64,000 bases of DNA from an uncultured virus (IMG/VR IMGVR_UViG_3300025151_004056). Taxonomy: Duplodnaviria > Heunggongvirae > Uroviricota > Caudoviricetes. The DNA is taken from IMG/VR virus record IMGVR_UViG_3300025151_004056; one strand, given 5' to 3'. Of the stretch, positions 9,777 to 19,528 are shown piece after piece (the stretch's first letter is position 1; every line of letters starts with the position of its first letter). Below the pieces are notes generated by a model. The model was not told the origin of the DNA and did not search any database. It saw only the letters and a program-made list of their open reading frames with translations. The position numbers were made by a program, and so were the translations under genes.

Positions 9777-11056
9777 TTAACAATCTTCCCAGAATATATT
9801 TCATCTTCGTCTAGGTGTATAGTCATTGCAGGTGGAATAACCCAAAGTCGTAAGATTTTATGTTTAGATATATGTTTTAATGGAGGACAAGATCGATATA
9901 GTAATTGCCATTCTTGGTCTAATACATATTGCCAATGTCTATAATTGTATTCAATATCTTCAATGATGCCCGGACTATAACCGTTTGCATTATCTAAAAA
10001 AGATATTATTCTTTCATGTGCGATATCAATATACTCTTGTTCTGATGTAGAAGTATCAGTGATTAAATCTGGTACACTTGTATATTTTCTAAATGTTTTA
10101 AATCCTAACCCTTCTAATGTTTTCTCCTGTAGATCATATTTACTGATTCCCATAAAAGGTTTTTTAGTTGCAATAGGTTTCCAAGTTTTTTCTGTAGTAG
10201 AGTAGATATCATGTTCCCAAAAAGGACGAACCTGAACGTCTTCGTTTACTTCTACTTCGGTATGTCCAGAGTTAGGATTATCAAACCATGTTTCAGGCAT
10301 AACAATCAATGATGCATCATTCCATTCATCAGGAAAAAGATAGTTAGCAACATCAAAAGAATTTACAAGACCTGCTTTGTTTACTTCACAAAATGAATCC
10401 CCGGGTAATGTTCGTTCTAGTTGACTATAAATATTTTTTAAATCTTCAAAACTTAAATCTTCATCAATCGCATCCAATATCGGTTGATAATCTTGTGATA
10501 TAGAATCTTTGAATGCACTATACTCATTTAACGAGTTTGTCAAAGAGTAATCTAATCTATCAAGTGTGTTTTCTTTGAAGAATTTATACAACAAAGGCAG
10601 TTTATGAACTCTACCTGAAATATCACCTATCAACCAAAGTGCTTTCCGATCTCTTGCATTACTCCAATCTCTAGTTGTGTCTAATCCATAACTTCTTTCT
10701 TCGGTTCCTTCGGACCTTAATAAAAAGTATCGAGGATTGTGACCAAAGACCATGTAATGATCAGGCAATTCATTTATGTTAACTCTAGTCCCTTCATGGA
10801 ATAGATACACATGTGTCAAGTTAGGAAACATTTGACTTGTATGTAAATATTCTAGTGTTTGTTTTGTAAACTTTGTATAGTCATAGCCAACTTGTGGCTC
10901 ATACAACATAAAACTAATAATTAAATGTTCGATATTTTGCGTGTCATAAGGTTCGACAGAATCAATGTGCCCGTCAAAGGGTACATTACGATCATGTCCG
11001 CATTCTACATTAATAGACCAAATTGTATCTGTGAATTGACAACTGTGAATCGTCAT
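9773..11056 (-). CDS. Hypothetical, putative glycosyltransferase-like protein
   Basis: C-terminal PET..TEKTWKPIATKKPF..LGFKTF motif shared with 60311..61624. Confidence 0.5.
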   Translation of the reverse strand: MTIHSCQFTDTIWSINVECGHDRNVPFDGHIDSVEPYDTQNIEHLIISFMLYEPQVGYDYTKFTKQTLEYLHTSQMFPNLTHVYLFHEGTRVNINELPDHYMVFGHNPRYFLLRSEGTEERSYGLDTTRDWSNARDRKALWLIGDISGRVHKLPLLYKFFKENTLDRLDYSLTNSLNEYSAFKDSISQDYQPILDAIDEDLSFEDLKNIYSQLERTLPGDSFCEVNKAGLVNSFDVANYLFPDEWNDASLIVMPETWFDNPNSGHTEVEVNEDVQVRPFWEHDIYSTTEKTWKPIATKKPFMGISKYDLQEKTLEGLGFKTFRKYTSVPDLITDTSTSEQEYIDIAHERIISFLDNANGYSPGIIEDIEYNYRHWQYVLDQEWQLLYRSCPPLKHISKHKILRLWVIPPAMTIHLDEDEIYSGKIVK

Positions 11057-11065
11057 GCAATGTGA

Positions 11066-11851
11066 TTAGCCCTGTATCCAAGTAAGAGGTTGAGAGTAAT
11101 CTACGTAATCACGTAAATCTTTGTGACATTGTTCTTGTGCCGCAAGACCTTCTGCTTTCATTGCCGCACCGTTGAGAGCAGTTCCACCTGCGGGTCCTGC
11201 AATAGTTGAGAATTTCTCACGTGCTTGACCTATAGTAATCATGCATGTTGCTAACACATAATTTTCTATCCAAGGTGCAATGCCTGGGTCTTGTAGTAAA
11301 GTTGTTTCTGGACGTAAAATGTCAGCCCAAATAAGAACCTGTTCTCCTGATCCTTTGAAGTCTCTAACAAATCTAATTGTTTTAGTTACTGGATCAAAAG
11401 TGTAGATAACAAATCCACCAAACATTCTAGCGGCTAGTTCTACATATCCTGCATAAAAGTCATATGTTGCTAAACCACCTGCATAGTTATAGTTCAACAG
11501 ATACGTGTTTAAGATAGCAGATGAAAATGGATCAAATGATGATGCGGCTGGACCTGTTTCAAGACCAATTGTACGTCTGAAACATTGTCTTACATTAATA
11601 AACTCGGTTGGTAGTGTGTAAGTATCTTGGTCTTTATCTATCGTCAATAAGGTATAAGACTCTTGTACTGAGTTTTCAGCACGTTGCCTATATACTTTAA
11701 TTGCATAGTTGTATGCCGCTTCGTAGTGTTCTGGATCTAATTCTAAATCTACAATGCCATCACCCAGCCTAAAACGAACCTGGTCGAACATATTCTCTTT
11801 GAGTTGTTCGAGGTTTTCTCCGTTTGGTACTGCTAGTTGTTCTGATGACAT
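11066..11851 (-). CDS. Neck protein (gp13-like)
   Basis: RLGDGIVDLELD, IGQAREKFSTIAGPAGGTALNG, PLTWIQG end. Confidence 0.85.
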   Translation of the reverse strand: MSSEQLAVPNGENLEQLKENMFDQVRFRLGDGIVDLELDPEHYEAAYNYAIKVYRQRAENSVQESYTLLTIDKDQDTYTLPTEFINVRQCFRRTIGLETGPAASSFDPFSSAILNTYLLNYNYAGGLATYDFYAGYVELAARMFGGFVIYTFDPVTKTIRFVRDFKGSGEQVLIWADILRPETTLLQDPGIAPWIENYVLATCMITIGQAREKFSTIAGPAGGTALNGAAMKAEGLAAQEQCHKDLRDYVDYSQPLTWIQG

Positions 11852-11884
11852 ATTGATAAATTCCTATTTCTAGTATTTATCAGT

Positions 11885-12643
11885 CTAAATGTTTTTCTGT
11901 TTTATATAATTGTTTAAATCAGTGGCTCTGGATAGATGTGCGTCTGCTCCATGATGACCATACTTAGCATTTGGGTTTATCATGCCTGCTTTTTTATACT
12001 TTTCATAGAAGCCGTAGTCATTGTCTCTGTACATGTAATAACGTTTAGCATCGATCTTTGATAGATAAGGTCTTAACCATTTCATGTTTCGATTGTTAAA
12101 AGCAACACCAGAGTTAGTCATTAGATATCTAATGTTTTCTGCTTTGAAAAAATATTGCAATGATAAAGCATCCTTAGCAGTCAAGCATTCAGTATAAATC
12201 TCTGAATATACCAAGAATCTTTGTGCTGTTAAAAACTGTTCCTTTTCTTGTGGAGCAACATGATGTGGATCTGTCATTGCATTTACTTGAACTGAACTTA
12301 AAAATGATGGGTCTGCCCAATCAGCACAAGTGTCTTGGTCAATACCTACATCGTGCGGGACAGGTGCTTCTATTCTACAACTCTCTGCCCAATTGACTAA
12401 AACAAAAAGGTTGTTTGCTTTATTTGACACCAAATCTTGGTTAAGTGTAAACCAATTTAGTACACTACGATGTATTGCACCATTAGAAGAACCGTTTCTT
12501 GCAATATTGATAGGAGTATGATCCATCATGTTTGCTAATTGGTTACCGAAACTTGCTTGACGATTTGCTGGGCTTGATAAGTTCCCATCGATTTCCGAAC
12601 CAGCGGCATGACTACACCCCGCAATCAACATATAATTTGCCAT
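11885..12643 (-). CDS. SGNH-like hypothetical protein
   Basis: IAGCSHAAG, NIARNGSSN, GHHG..AH. Confidence 0.6.
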   Translation of the reverse strand: MANYMLIAGCSHAAGSEIDGNLSSPANRQASFGNQLANMMDHTPINIARNGSSNGAIHRSVLNWFTLNQDLVSNKANNLFVLVNWAESCRIEAPVPHDVGIDQDTCADWADPSFLSSVQVNAMTDPHHVAPQEKEQFLTAQRFLVYSEIYTECLTAKDALSLQYFFKAENIRYLMTNSGVAFNNRNMKWLRPYLSKIDAKRYYMYRDNDYGFYEKYKKAGMINPNAKYGHHGADAHLSRATDLNNYIKQKNI

Positions 12644-12647
12644 ATAA

Positions 12648-13790
12648 TTAAAACGCCTTTAAAATAATCATTGAATCGTTGAAACGACCCTTCGGTTGAA
12701 CACCGACTGCTTTAATAGCATCAAAGAATTTACGTGCCGCAGGCTTGCTACCCATAATCTCTTTAATCTGTTCTTTGGGTTTACGTAATGTCTTAATTGC
12801 ACTTTTAGACTTGTCAAATCCATACAAAGTGTTACCCTTGACAAACATTTCTCCTGCCATTTCTTCTGCGACATAGTGATGAAGTTTTCTTTTAGAAGTA
12901 TCATAGCACCATGCTTCTTTAGACATGTGTAGTTCTGTTGGTCTGATACTTTCTAGTTTTAGTTTAGTTGCTTCACATTCAAAACTCTTTTGATACTTCA
13001 ACTTCTGTGTTGCTTTCTCAGGAGTAATTGGCTTAGTTTTGCGTTTAGCCCTGTTTTTAATCTTAAGAGCCTGATATGAATTCAACACTCCGATCATAGA
13101 GTCATATGCATTTATAATGCCTTTTAATTTTCTTTTGTTAAAGTGACTGTATGCTTCGACCAATTGCTCATCAGTGCCTTCAATTACTTCTTTGAATTCT
13201 TTCTGTTCTTTTGTATAACTATCGACTAGTTGAGGTATATGATTGGGTAAAGGATTGTATGAGTTTAACACTCGCATGATTGCTGTATTAAATTTAGCAT
13301 CTGCTTTAATCTCATCTTCAAAGAATTGATCCATGATGCCATCGATCTCTCCACCTGCTTCCATTAACTTGCCAAGCATGATTTCTTGTATAGAAGGACG
13401 ATTGGGTTTGTCTTTTGCTTTTTCTTCTTTTACTTGAGCAATCTTTTTACCTTTCTCTAACCATTCTTCTTTGAGTTTGGCAATATGATTTATATGCCCT
13501 TCTGGCATGTACCCAACTCTATTTAAAAAATAAACAGACGTACCAGTAGAGTTAAAGTTCCAATCTGGATTTCTAAGAATAATCTCTCTTTCTTCTTCAG
13601 TGTAGCCAGATTCTTTTTTGATCCAAGTTTTAAATTCAGTCAGTCTTTTCTTATCACTGATTTCTGTACGAATAAAATATTGGCAGTCTTGGTATGCCTT
13701 TGCCTGTCCTTCAGGGTCTTTGATGTCTTTGTACTTTTCCCAGTCAGGTTCGGGAGTTAAATAAACTGTCTTTTGTTTACGTCTTGCCAT
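12648..13790 (-). CDS. Hypothetical early protein
   Basis: 380-aa Lys-rich ORF with SD and sigma70-like promoter. Confidence 0.7.
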   Translation of the reverse strand: MARRKQKTVYLTPEPDWEKYKDIKDPEGQAKAYQDCQYFIRTEISDKKRLTEFKTWIKKESGYTEEEREIILRNPDWNFNSTGTSVYFLNRVGYMPEGHINHIAKLKEEWLEKGKKIAQVKEEKAKDKPNRPSIQEIMLGKLMEAGGEIDGIMDQFFEDEIKADAKFNTAIMRVLNSYNPLPNHIPQLVDSYTKEQKEFKEVIEGTDEQLVEAYSHFNKRKLKGIINAYDSMIGVLNSYQALKIKNRAKRKTKPITPEKATQKLKYQKSFECEATKLKLESIRPTELHMSKEAWCYDTSKRKLHHYVAEEMAGEMFVKGNTLYGFDKSKSAIKTLRKPKEQIKEIMGSKPAARKFFDAIKAVGVQPKGRFNDSMIILKAF

Positions 13791-13831
13791 TTTGTCCCTT
13801 AATGAATTTAATGTTCATACTTAGTGTTCGC

Positions 13832-13860
13832 ATTGTACACGGATTAATTTTCTAATTCAA
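13832..13860 (-). promoter_or_regulatory. sigma70-type promoter
   Basis: TTGAAT-17 nt-TACAAT. Confidence 0.65.
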
Positions 13861-13910
13861 CCTTTATTTACCCAAATTCTTCGTCTCATTGTATTGAGAT
13901 AAATATATAT

Positions 13911-15668
13911 ATGCCAAGATTAAGTTTATACCGGGAACAGAAACAAAACGATTACCGTTTTTTAGACAGAAGTATTTCTGAGCAGTTGACTGTTGGCGGT
14001 ACTGATCTCTATGTTCATAAGTACGCAGGGCCTTTAGACCAAGGACCATCTGCTGACTTCACACAACCTCAGTATAGTTCTATGGACCCAACAAATATAC
14101 AAGATTTGTTGTTCTTAGAGAATAGAGATAGAAAATATGAAAAGGATATTTATCGATTACGGGGCCATTATAACGTACAAAACTTAGACTTTGATCTAAG
14201 TCAGTTTGGCTTATTCTTAAGTAATGACACTATTTTTATCAACGTGCATTACAATGACATGATCGATATCATAGGCAGAAAGTTAATGGTAGGTGATGTT
14301 ATCGAACTACCTCACTTACTAGATTACAATCCCTTAGACGATGATGCTACAGAATTTCCAGTAGCATTAAAAAGATTTTATCAAGTCACAGATGCTAACT
14401 ATGGTAGTGAAGGTTTTTCACAAACATGGTATCCTCATCTATGGCGTATCAAATGTGAGAAACTAGTAGACAGCCAAGAGTTTGCAGATATCTTACGTCA
14501 ACCAACTGACAAAGACAATTACTTAGGTGATTGGGATAAAAACAAAACATACCCTGCAGGGTATACAATGACATTCGGTGACAAAAACTATATCGCACTA
14601 CAAGATGTACCACAAGGAACAAAACCCGGTGACACTGATCCAGATCCGTATTGGGAACTGGATACAGGTAAAACACTTAAAGATGTATTAGGTCGATATA
14701 ATGAAAATATTAGAATTAACGATGCTAACTTAAAAGAAGCAAAACGTATTGTACCGAAAGCCGGATATGATACATCTAATTTATATGTCGTACCTGGTTA
14801 TGGTATCTTTGAAGCAAACGGTGTACCATCTGACAAAGAAAATCAACCCGCACCTCCTGTCGATGTACGTTCATGGATGCCTGGCAATAGTCCACTGACT
14901 GCTACTGGACAAGTCATCACAATGAAAAGTGACAAATACAAATACGACTCAACTGGTATAAGAATACCTAAAGAAGTTATTGATGTGATGCAAGCCAAAC
15001 ATGGTGAGCAAGATATAGACTTAGAAGCAATGATAGCAAAGTTTGTACAAGCAAACTTGTCAATTGCAGTTGAAGCACCAGAGATGTCATCAACTGGCTC
15101 AGGTCAGATGGAAGGCACAAAATTATTAACAGTTAATATAAGTGGTCCTGTTACAGGTCCATATGGTACTGCTGACAACACTTATGCAACAGCAGACCAA
15201 GATCCTACTCAGCCAGGCTTTACAGGTACAGAGCCATACGGTCCAAATACAATGGACTATCGTGCTGACTGTGATCCTCGTTTTCAATACATTGCAAGAT
15301 ATACTCCACGTGACTTTGGTTATACATCAGGTTACTTATCAGGAGAAGGCACTCCGCCTAATGGTTTGCCGGCAGGCGCTGGTATTTCATTCCCGCAAAG
15401 TCCACAAGTTGGAGATTATTTCTTGCGTATAGATTATACACCCAATGTACTGTATCGATGGTCAGGAACTCTTTGGTTAAGAGTTAGTGAGAATGTAAGA
15501 ACATCTACAGGCTTCACTGAAGAAGATACATCACAACTTTCAGGATTTATAAATAACGATGCTGAAATATTCAGCAACAACGATGAGGCAAACGTACCAT
15601 CTGCTCAAGGACTAAGTGGAATCTTAGACATTGCACCAGATAACAATCCACCAAGTGACGGGACATAA
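13911..15668 (+). CDS. Neck/head-closure protein (gp14-like) with extensions
   Basis: IQDLLFLENRDRKY, LSQFGLFLSND, GDVIELPH, HLWRIKC; upstream of gp15-like gene. Confidence 0.7.
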   Translation: MPRLSLYREQKQNDYRFLDRSISEQLTVGGTDLYVHKYAGPLDQGPSADFTQPQYSSMDPTNIQDLLFLENRDRKYEKDIYRLRGHYNVQNLDFDLSQFGLFLSNDTIFINVHYNDMIDIIGRKLMVGDVIELPHLLDYNPLDDDATEFPVALKRFYQVTDANYGSEGFSQTWYPHLWRIKCEKLVDSQEFADILRQPTDKDNYLGDWDKNKTYPAGYTMTFGDKNYIALQDVPQGTKPGDTDPDPYWELDTGKTLKDVLGRYNENIRINDANLKEAKRIVPKAGYDTSNLYVVPGYGIFEANGVPSDKENQPAPPVDVRSWMPGNSPLTATGQVITMKSDKYKYDSTGIRIPKEVIDVMQAKHGEQDIDLEAMIAKFVQANLSIAVEAPEMSSTGSGQMEGTKLLTVNISGPVTGPYGTADNTYATADQDPTQPGFTGTEPYGPNTMDYRADCDPRFQYIARYTPRDFGYTSGYLSGEGTPPNGLPAGAGISFPQSPQVGDYFLRIDYTPNVLYRWSGTLWLRVSENVRTSTGFTEEDTSQLSGFINNDAEIFSNNDEANVPSAQGLSGILDIAPDNNPPSDGT

Positions 15669-17263
15669 TGGCACAATATTTTTACGACAATCAGATAAGA
15701 AGATTTTTATTACAGTTTGCTAAAATTTTTAGTAACTGGTATGTAACTGCAGGGAATGATCCTAATGGTAATCCTATTCTTGTTAGAGTACCTATTCAAT
15801 ATGGAGATGCAAGTAGACAAGCATCAACAATTATTGCAAACAACTCAGCAAGTAATCTTCCTTCTGCGCCTTTGATAACTTACTTTATCAATGGATTAGA
15901 ATACGATCAAAGACGTACACAAGAACCTTATTTTGTAGAGAAACAAAATGTACGTCAAAGAGACTATGATCCAACTACAGCCTCATACGGAGAGACACAG
16001 GGTCAAGCATTTACTGTTGAAAAGTTGATGCCAGTTCCGTATACACTTAGACTACAAGTAGACTTTTGGACAACTAACTATCAACAAAAATTAGAATTGA
16101 TTGAGCAGTTAGGTACACTATTCAATCCATCATTAGAAATTCAAAACACTGATAACTTTATTGACTGGACATCTTTAACAGTTGTATATCAGGATGGACT
16201 GACGTTCTCATCTCGTACTATACCACAAGGTACAGGTAATCCTATTGATGTTATGTCATGGAAATTCTATTTGCCCATGTGGTTAACAACATCTGCTAAA
16301 CTTAAAAAGTATGGTGTTATTAATAAGATTATTACTTCTATCTTTGAGGGTAAAACACAAGAAGATATGAAAGATGATGACTTGTTATTAGGTACAAGAC
16401 AAAAGATATCTCCATATGGTTATCAAGTATTGTTTATAGGCAATTCATTACAGTTATTACCACAAGATCAACCAGATCAACCTTCTAATTTCTCATTAGA
16501 TAAACCAGAGAATCCAGATACTGATATCTATTGGTCATCTATCTTAAACATGTATGGTGCATACCGCGGAGGTATTTCACAAGTTGCATTACAAAATCCA
16601 TATATGGATACAGAGATTATGGGTACAATTGTTATTGATCCTCTTGATGATCGTTATCTAATTTATAATGTCGATGAAGATACATTACCACAGAATACAT
16701 TAGACCCTGTAACATCAGTTATTAATCCTCAAGTATCAGGACCAAACAACGGACTACCTGGACCTATTCCTAATGTGAGATATTTGTTAACACAAGATAT
16801 AGGTTCTAGCACATCATCTTGGGGTACAATTATAGGCAGTCAAACAGGTACATCAACATTACCTGAATCACAAGTTGCAACAACAATGACTCCCGGTACA
16901 TTATATCAAATTGCTACTATAGGTACAACTGATTTTAGATTCTATGGTGCTCCAGATAATAATATAGGTACTCAGTTTACAATGAACAATGTACAGCCAG
17001 AAGGTACAGGCACAGTTTATACTGTTGTAGAAGCAAAAGCAAATGACATTATACAATTCAATGCAGATATTATGACTTGGTTTGTTGCATTTGATTCTGT
17101 CATCAACCAAGATGAACTTGAGTATGTAACTAACTTAACTACAGAAATTCAATATCGTTGGGCATCTACTCCTCCTGATTCAGTTCAGCCTGGTTTGCCT
17201 GCACAATGGATGAAGTCTTACGAAGGTTATTATAACGAAGGCGATTACAGTATAGTTATTTAA
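15668..17263 (+). CDS. Tail terminator/sheath stabiliser (gp15-like) with C-terminal extension
   Basis: YFYDNQIRRFLLQFAKIFS, RVPIQYG, MPVPYTL, LIEQLGTLFNPS. Confidence 0.8.
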   Translation: MAQYFYDNQIRRFLLQFAKIFSNWYVTAGNDPNGNPILVRVPIQYGDASRQASTIIANNSASNLPSAPLITYFINGLEYDQRRTQEPYFVEKQNVRQRDYDPTTASYGETQGQAFTVEKLMPVPYTLRLQVDFWTTNYQQKLELIEQLGTLFNPSLEIQNTDNFIDWTSLTVVYQDGLTFSSRTIPQGTGNPIDVMSWKFYLPMWLTTSAKLKKYGVINKIITSIFEGKTQEDMKDDDLLLGTRQKISPYGYQVLFIGNSLQLLPQDQPDQPSNFSLDKPENPDTDIYWSSILNMYGAYRGGISQVALQNPYMDTEIMGTIVIDPLDDRYLIYNVDEDTLPQNTLDPVTSVINPQVSGPNNGLPGPIPNVRYLLTQDIGSSTSSWGTIIGSQTGTSTLPESQVATTMTPGTLYQIATIGTTDFRFYGAPDNNIGTQFTMNNVQPEGTGTVYTVVEAKANDIIQFNADIMTWFVAFDSVINQDELEYVTNLTTEIQYRWASTPPDSVQPGLPAQWMKSYEGYYNEGDYSIVI

Positions 17264-17293
17264 GAAGCACCCTGTCACCTACTAAATAATTGT

Positions 17294-17710
17294 ATGGCGA
17301 TTATTATAAATCAATCTGCTGGTATTTTCTTTTATTGTAAGTCTACCAAACGATCTCTATATCTTTTAAGAAACGAATCTAAAAATCCTACGTGGTCTAT
17401 ACCAGGTGGCAAGATAGAAAAGAATGAAACTCTATTAGCAGGATTAAAACGAGAATGCTTAGAAGAAATTGCATACTGGGAAGATGATTTAAAATTAGTG
17501 CCCATACAAAAATTTGTCAATAACACATTTGCATATCATACATTCTTTTGTGAGATAGAAGAAGAATTTCCCCCTATTTTAAATGATGAACATTGTGGGT
17601 ATGCTTGGGTAGGTGATGACAAATACCCAAAACCTCTACACCCCGGACTATTTTCTACAATTAATATCGATAATGTAGTAGAAAAGTTATCTAGTCTAAA
17701 GAATCTCTAA
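17294..17710 (+). CDS. NUDIX hydrolase
   Basis: Nudix box GGKIEKNETLLAGLKRECLEEI. Confidence 0.9.
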   Translation: MAIIINQSAGIFFYCKSTKRSLYLLRNESKNPTWSIPGGKIEKNETLLAGLKRECLEEIAYWEDDLKLVPIQKFVNNTFAYHTFFCEIEEEFPPILNDEHCGYAWVGDDKYPKPLHPGLFSTINIDNVVEKLSSLKNL

Positions 17711-17807
17711 TAGAAAGCCCTCAGAGACGTTCTAAGACGCATAGTTTACTTTTGTGAATAGATAGATGTCGTTGATCAACGTTGCTCAGAGGACGATTTA
17801 CACGGTC

Positions 17808-18530
17808 CTAGGAGCAGTAATCAGCACCATTTCGATCCAGCATTCTCAGTAATGCAGTCCAAAACAAGTTTACATGCTCGTCCGGTGAGTCATTAATTCG
17901 TCCTATTTTATCCCATTCTGCTTCAGAAGGAACTGATAGTTCTGCACCAGTACGCAGGACATCGACTTGAATTTTACAGGCGTTTTCAAGCATATAGAGA
18001 TTATAAAGAGCCTCTGGAATATTTTTGGCTACAGATAGTAAGCCATGATTTCGCATAATCAGCAAAGATTTATCGCCAATATCTTTTCCTAATTGGGCAC
18101 ATGATCTAGTATTAGGAACTTCGATACAATGGTAATCGTAATAGTTTATTTTGTTTTGTACTTCACCTGATTGTTGTGACAAGTTCATCAGTCCTTCTTT
18201 CATACATGAAACTGCGATTCCCGCACGGGTATGTGAATGCAAAATACAGTTTACATCTTGTCTAGTTTTCATTATTGCTGTATGAATTGCATGTCCTGCA
18301 TCCATATAAGATTCTCCTGCTAAGATTTTTCCATCGAAATCAACCTTAACAAGATTAGATGCAGTTACCTCATCAAACATTAAGCCATAAGGGGTAGTCA
18401 AGTAATGATTTTTATTTTGAGGTAGCCGAACACTTAAATGAGTAAAGATTACATCTGTCCAACCGAAATGATGAAAGAGGTGATGGCAAGCGGCGAGATC
18501 GCATCTTAATTTCCATTCAGTATCTTCCAT
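17808..18530 (-). CDS. Class II aldolase/adducin family protein
   Basis: HLSVR, PYGLMFDEVTASNLVKVD, IHTAI, HSHT, MRNHGLL, LENACKIQ. Confidence 0.9.
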   Translation of the reverse strand: MEDTEWKLRCDLAACHHLFHHFGWTDVIFTHLSVRLPQNKNHYLTTPYGLMFDEVTASNLVKVDFDGKILAGESYMDAGHAIHTAIMKTRQDVNCILHSHTRAGIAVSCMKEGLMNLSQQSGEVQNKINYYDYHCIEVPNTRSCAQLGKDIGDKSLLIMRNHGLLSVAKNIPEALYNLYMLENACKIQVDVLRTGAELSVPSEAEWDKIGRINDSPDEHVNLFWTALLRMLDRNGADYCS

Positions 18531-18546
18531 ATCATTTATTTAACCC

Positions 18547-18576
18547 AAAAAGAAAGGGTGACTAGCACCCTTTCTT
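18547..18576 (-). terminator. Intrinsic terminator
   Basis: AAGAAAGGGTG-CTAGT-CACCCTTTCTTTT stem-loop. Confidence 0.75.
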
Positions 18577-18590
18577 AACCTAAATAAAAT

Positions 18591-18920
18591 TTAGTGTGAC
18601 ATCCAAAACTCAATGACTGAATAGCCTAGAGTTCCTGCCACCATACCTGCTCCGATAAGCATCCATCTCCAACGTTCTAATGCAGTAATCTTAGTTGCCA
18701 TTAGATCGTGTGACTCTTGGTTTGACTTTTGAAAGTCATGTAAGAGTTTATGAGTTGATGCATTGCCTTCTTTAATTAATGTTTCACATTCTTTAATATC
18801 ATGCTTAACATCATTTAATGCAGTATCAAACTTTTCATCCAAGTTTTTAAATTCGACTTTGAGAACCGCAATTTCAGTGTCGTACTGTTGTAATTGCTTT
18901 TGTGCGTTACTCTGTGCCAT
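18591..18920 (-). CDS. Coiled-coil protein with C-terminal TM helix (XhlA/holin-like)
   Basis: Heptad region then LERWRWMLIGAGMVAGTLGY. Confidence 0.55.
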   Translation of the reverse strand: MAQSNAQKQLQQYDTEIAVLKVEFKNLDEKFDTALNDVKHDIKECETLIKEGNASTHKLLHDFQKSNQESHDLMATKITALERWRWMLIGAGMVAGTLGYSVIEFWMSH

Positions 18921-18939
18921 GATTTAAATACCCCTTAGA

Positions 18940-19392
18940 TTATAAAGATTCGACAGTTACAATCGGATATGGTTGTCCACCGTATGTGTCTGCAGGGTAT
19001 GCGGTATTGAAAGATATAATGTAAGGGTTGCCAGAAAAGTCTAATGCTCGTCCTGAACCTTTAATTCTTTCTAATCGTACAGTACTCGCATCGTCTAACG
19101 TTACAGTAACAGTCATAGTGTTGTCTGCTAATGCGCCATCAGCCGAATCGGCTAAAGTACAAATACCGGTATTGCCGGATCCATCATCAACAAGATACTT
19201 TCTCGCACCTTTTTGTCTGATAATAAAGCCGTCACCTTCTATGTTAGAGCCTACTTTGCATCTACATACAGTTTGAGGCCCTGTCTGAGTTGTGTTACCA
19301 GCAACAATACGATAGGTATTTGATAAACCTGCAGGGTTGTTATATGTGGTATCAACATCAGAATTTTTCGATGTTTTCATTGGTCGTCCCAT
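18940..19392 (-). CDS. Hypothetical virion structural protein
   Basis: MGRP..., GFIIRQKGARKYLV; strong SD AAGGAG; perfect TATAAATA upstream. Confidence 0.6.
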   Translation of the reverse strand: MGRPMKTSKNSDVDTTYNNPAGLSNTYRIVAGNTTQTGPQTVCRCKVGSNIEGDGFIIRQKGARKYLVDDGSGNTGICTLADSADGALADNTMTVTVTLDDASTVRLERIKGSGRALDFSGNPYIISFNTAYPADTYGGQPYPIVTVESL

Positions 19393-19499
19393 TTTTTGAT
19401 CTCCTTATATAATATTAGTGAGTGACGTTCTAGGTCTACGCGGCGGGCACCGCATAAGTCTCGTTTGATGTTATCTTACAAAACAAGAACATTCATATG

Positions 19500-19507
19500 T
19501 ATTTATA
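19500..19507 (-). promoter_or_regulatory. T4-type late promoter TATAAATA (representative of ~20 (A/C/T)TAAATA boxes)
   Basis: Exact match here; variants upstream of genes starting at 973, 1487, 3508, 4246, 7940, 8066, 11851, 13911, 17294, 22087, 24042, 25223, 26224, 26662, 29406, 32679, 47138, 55721, 57301, 59804, 60278. Confidence 0.85.
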
Positions 19508-19528
19508 GTTTTTGCGTAAAAACGTTGG

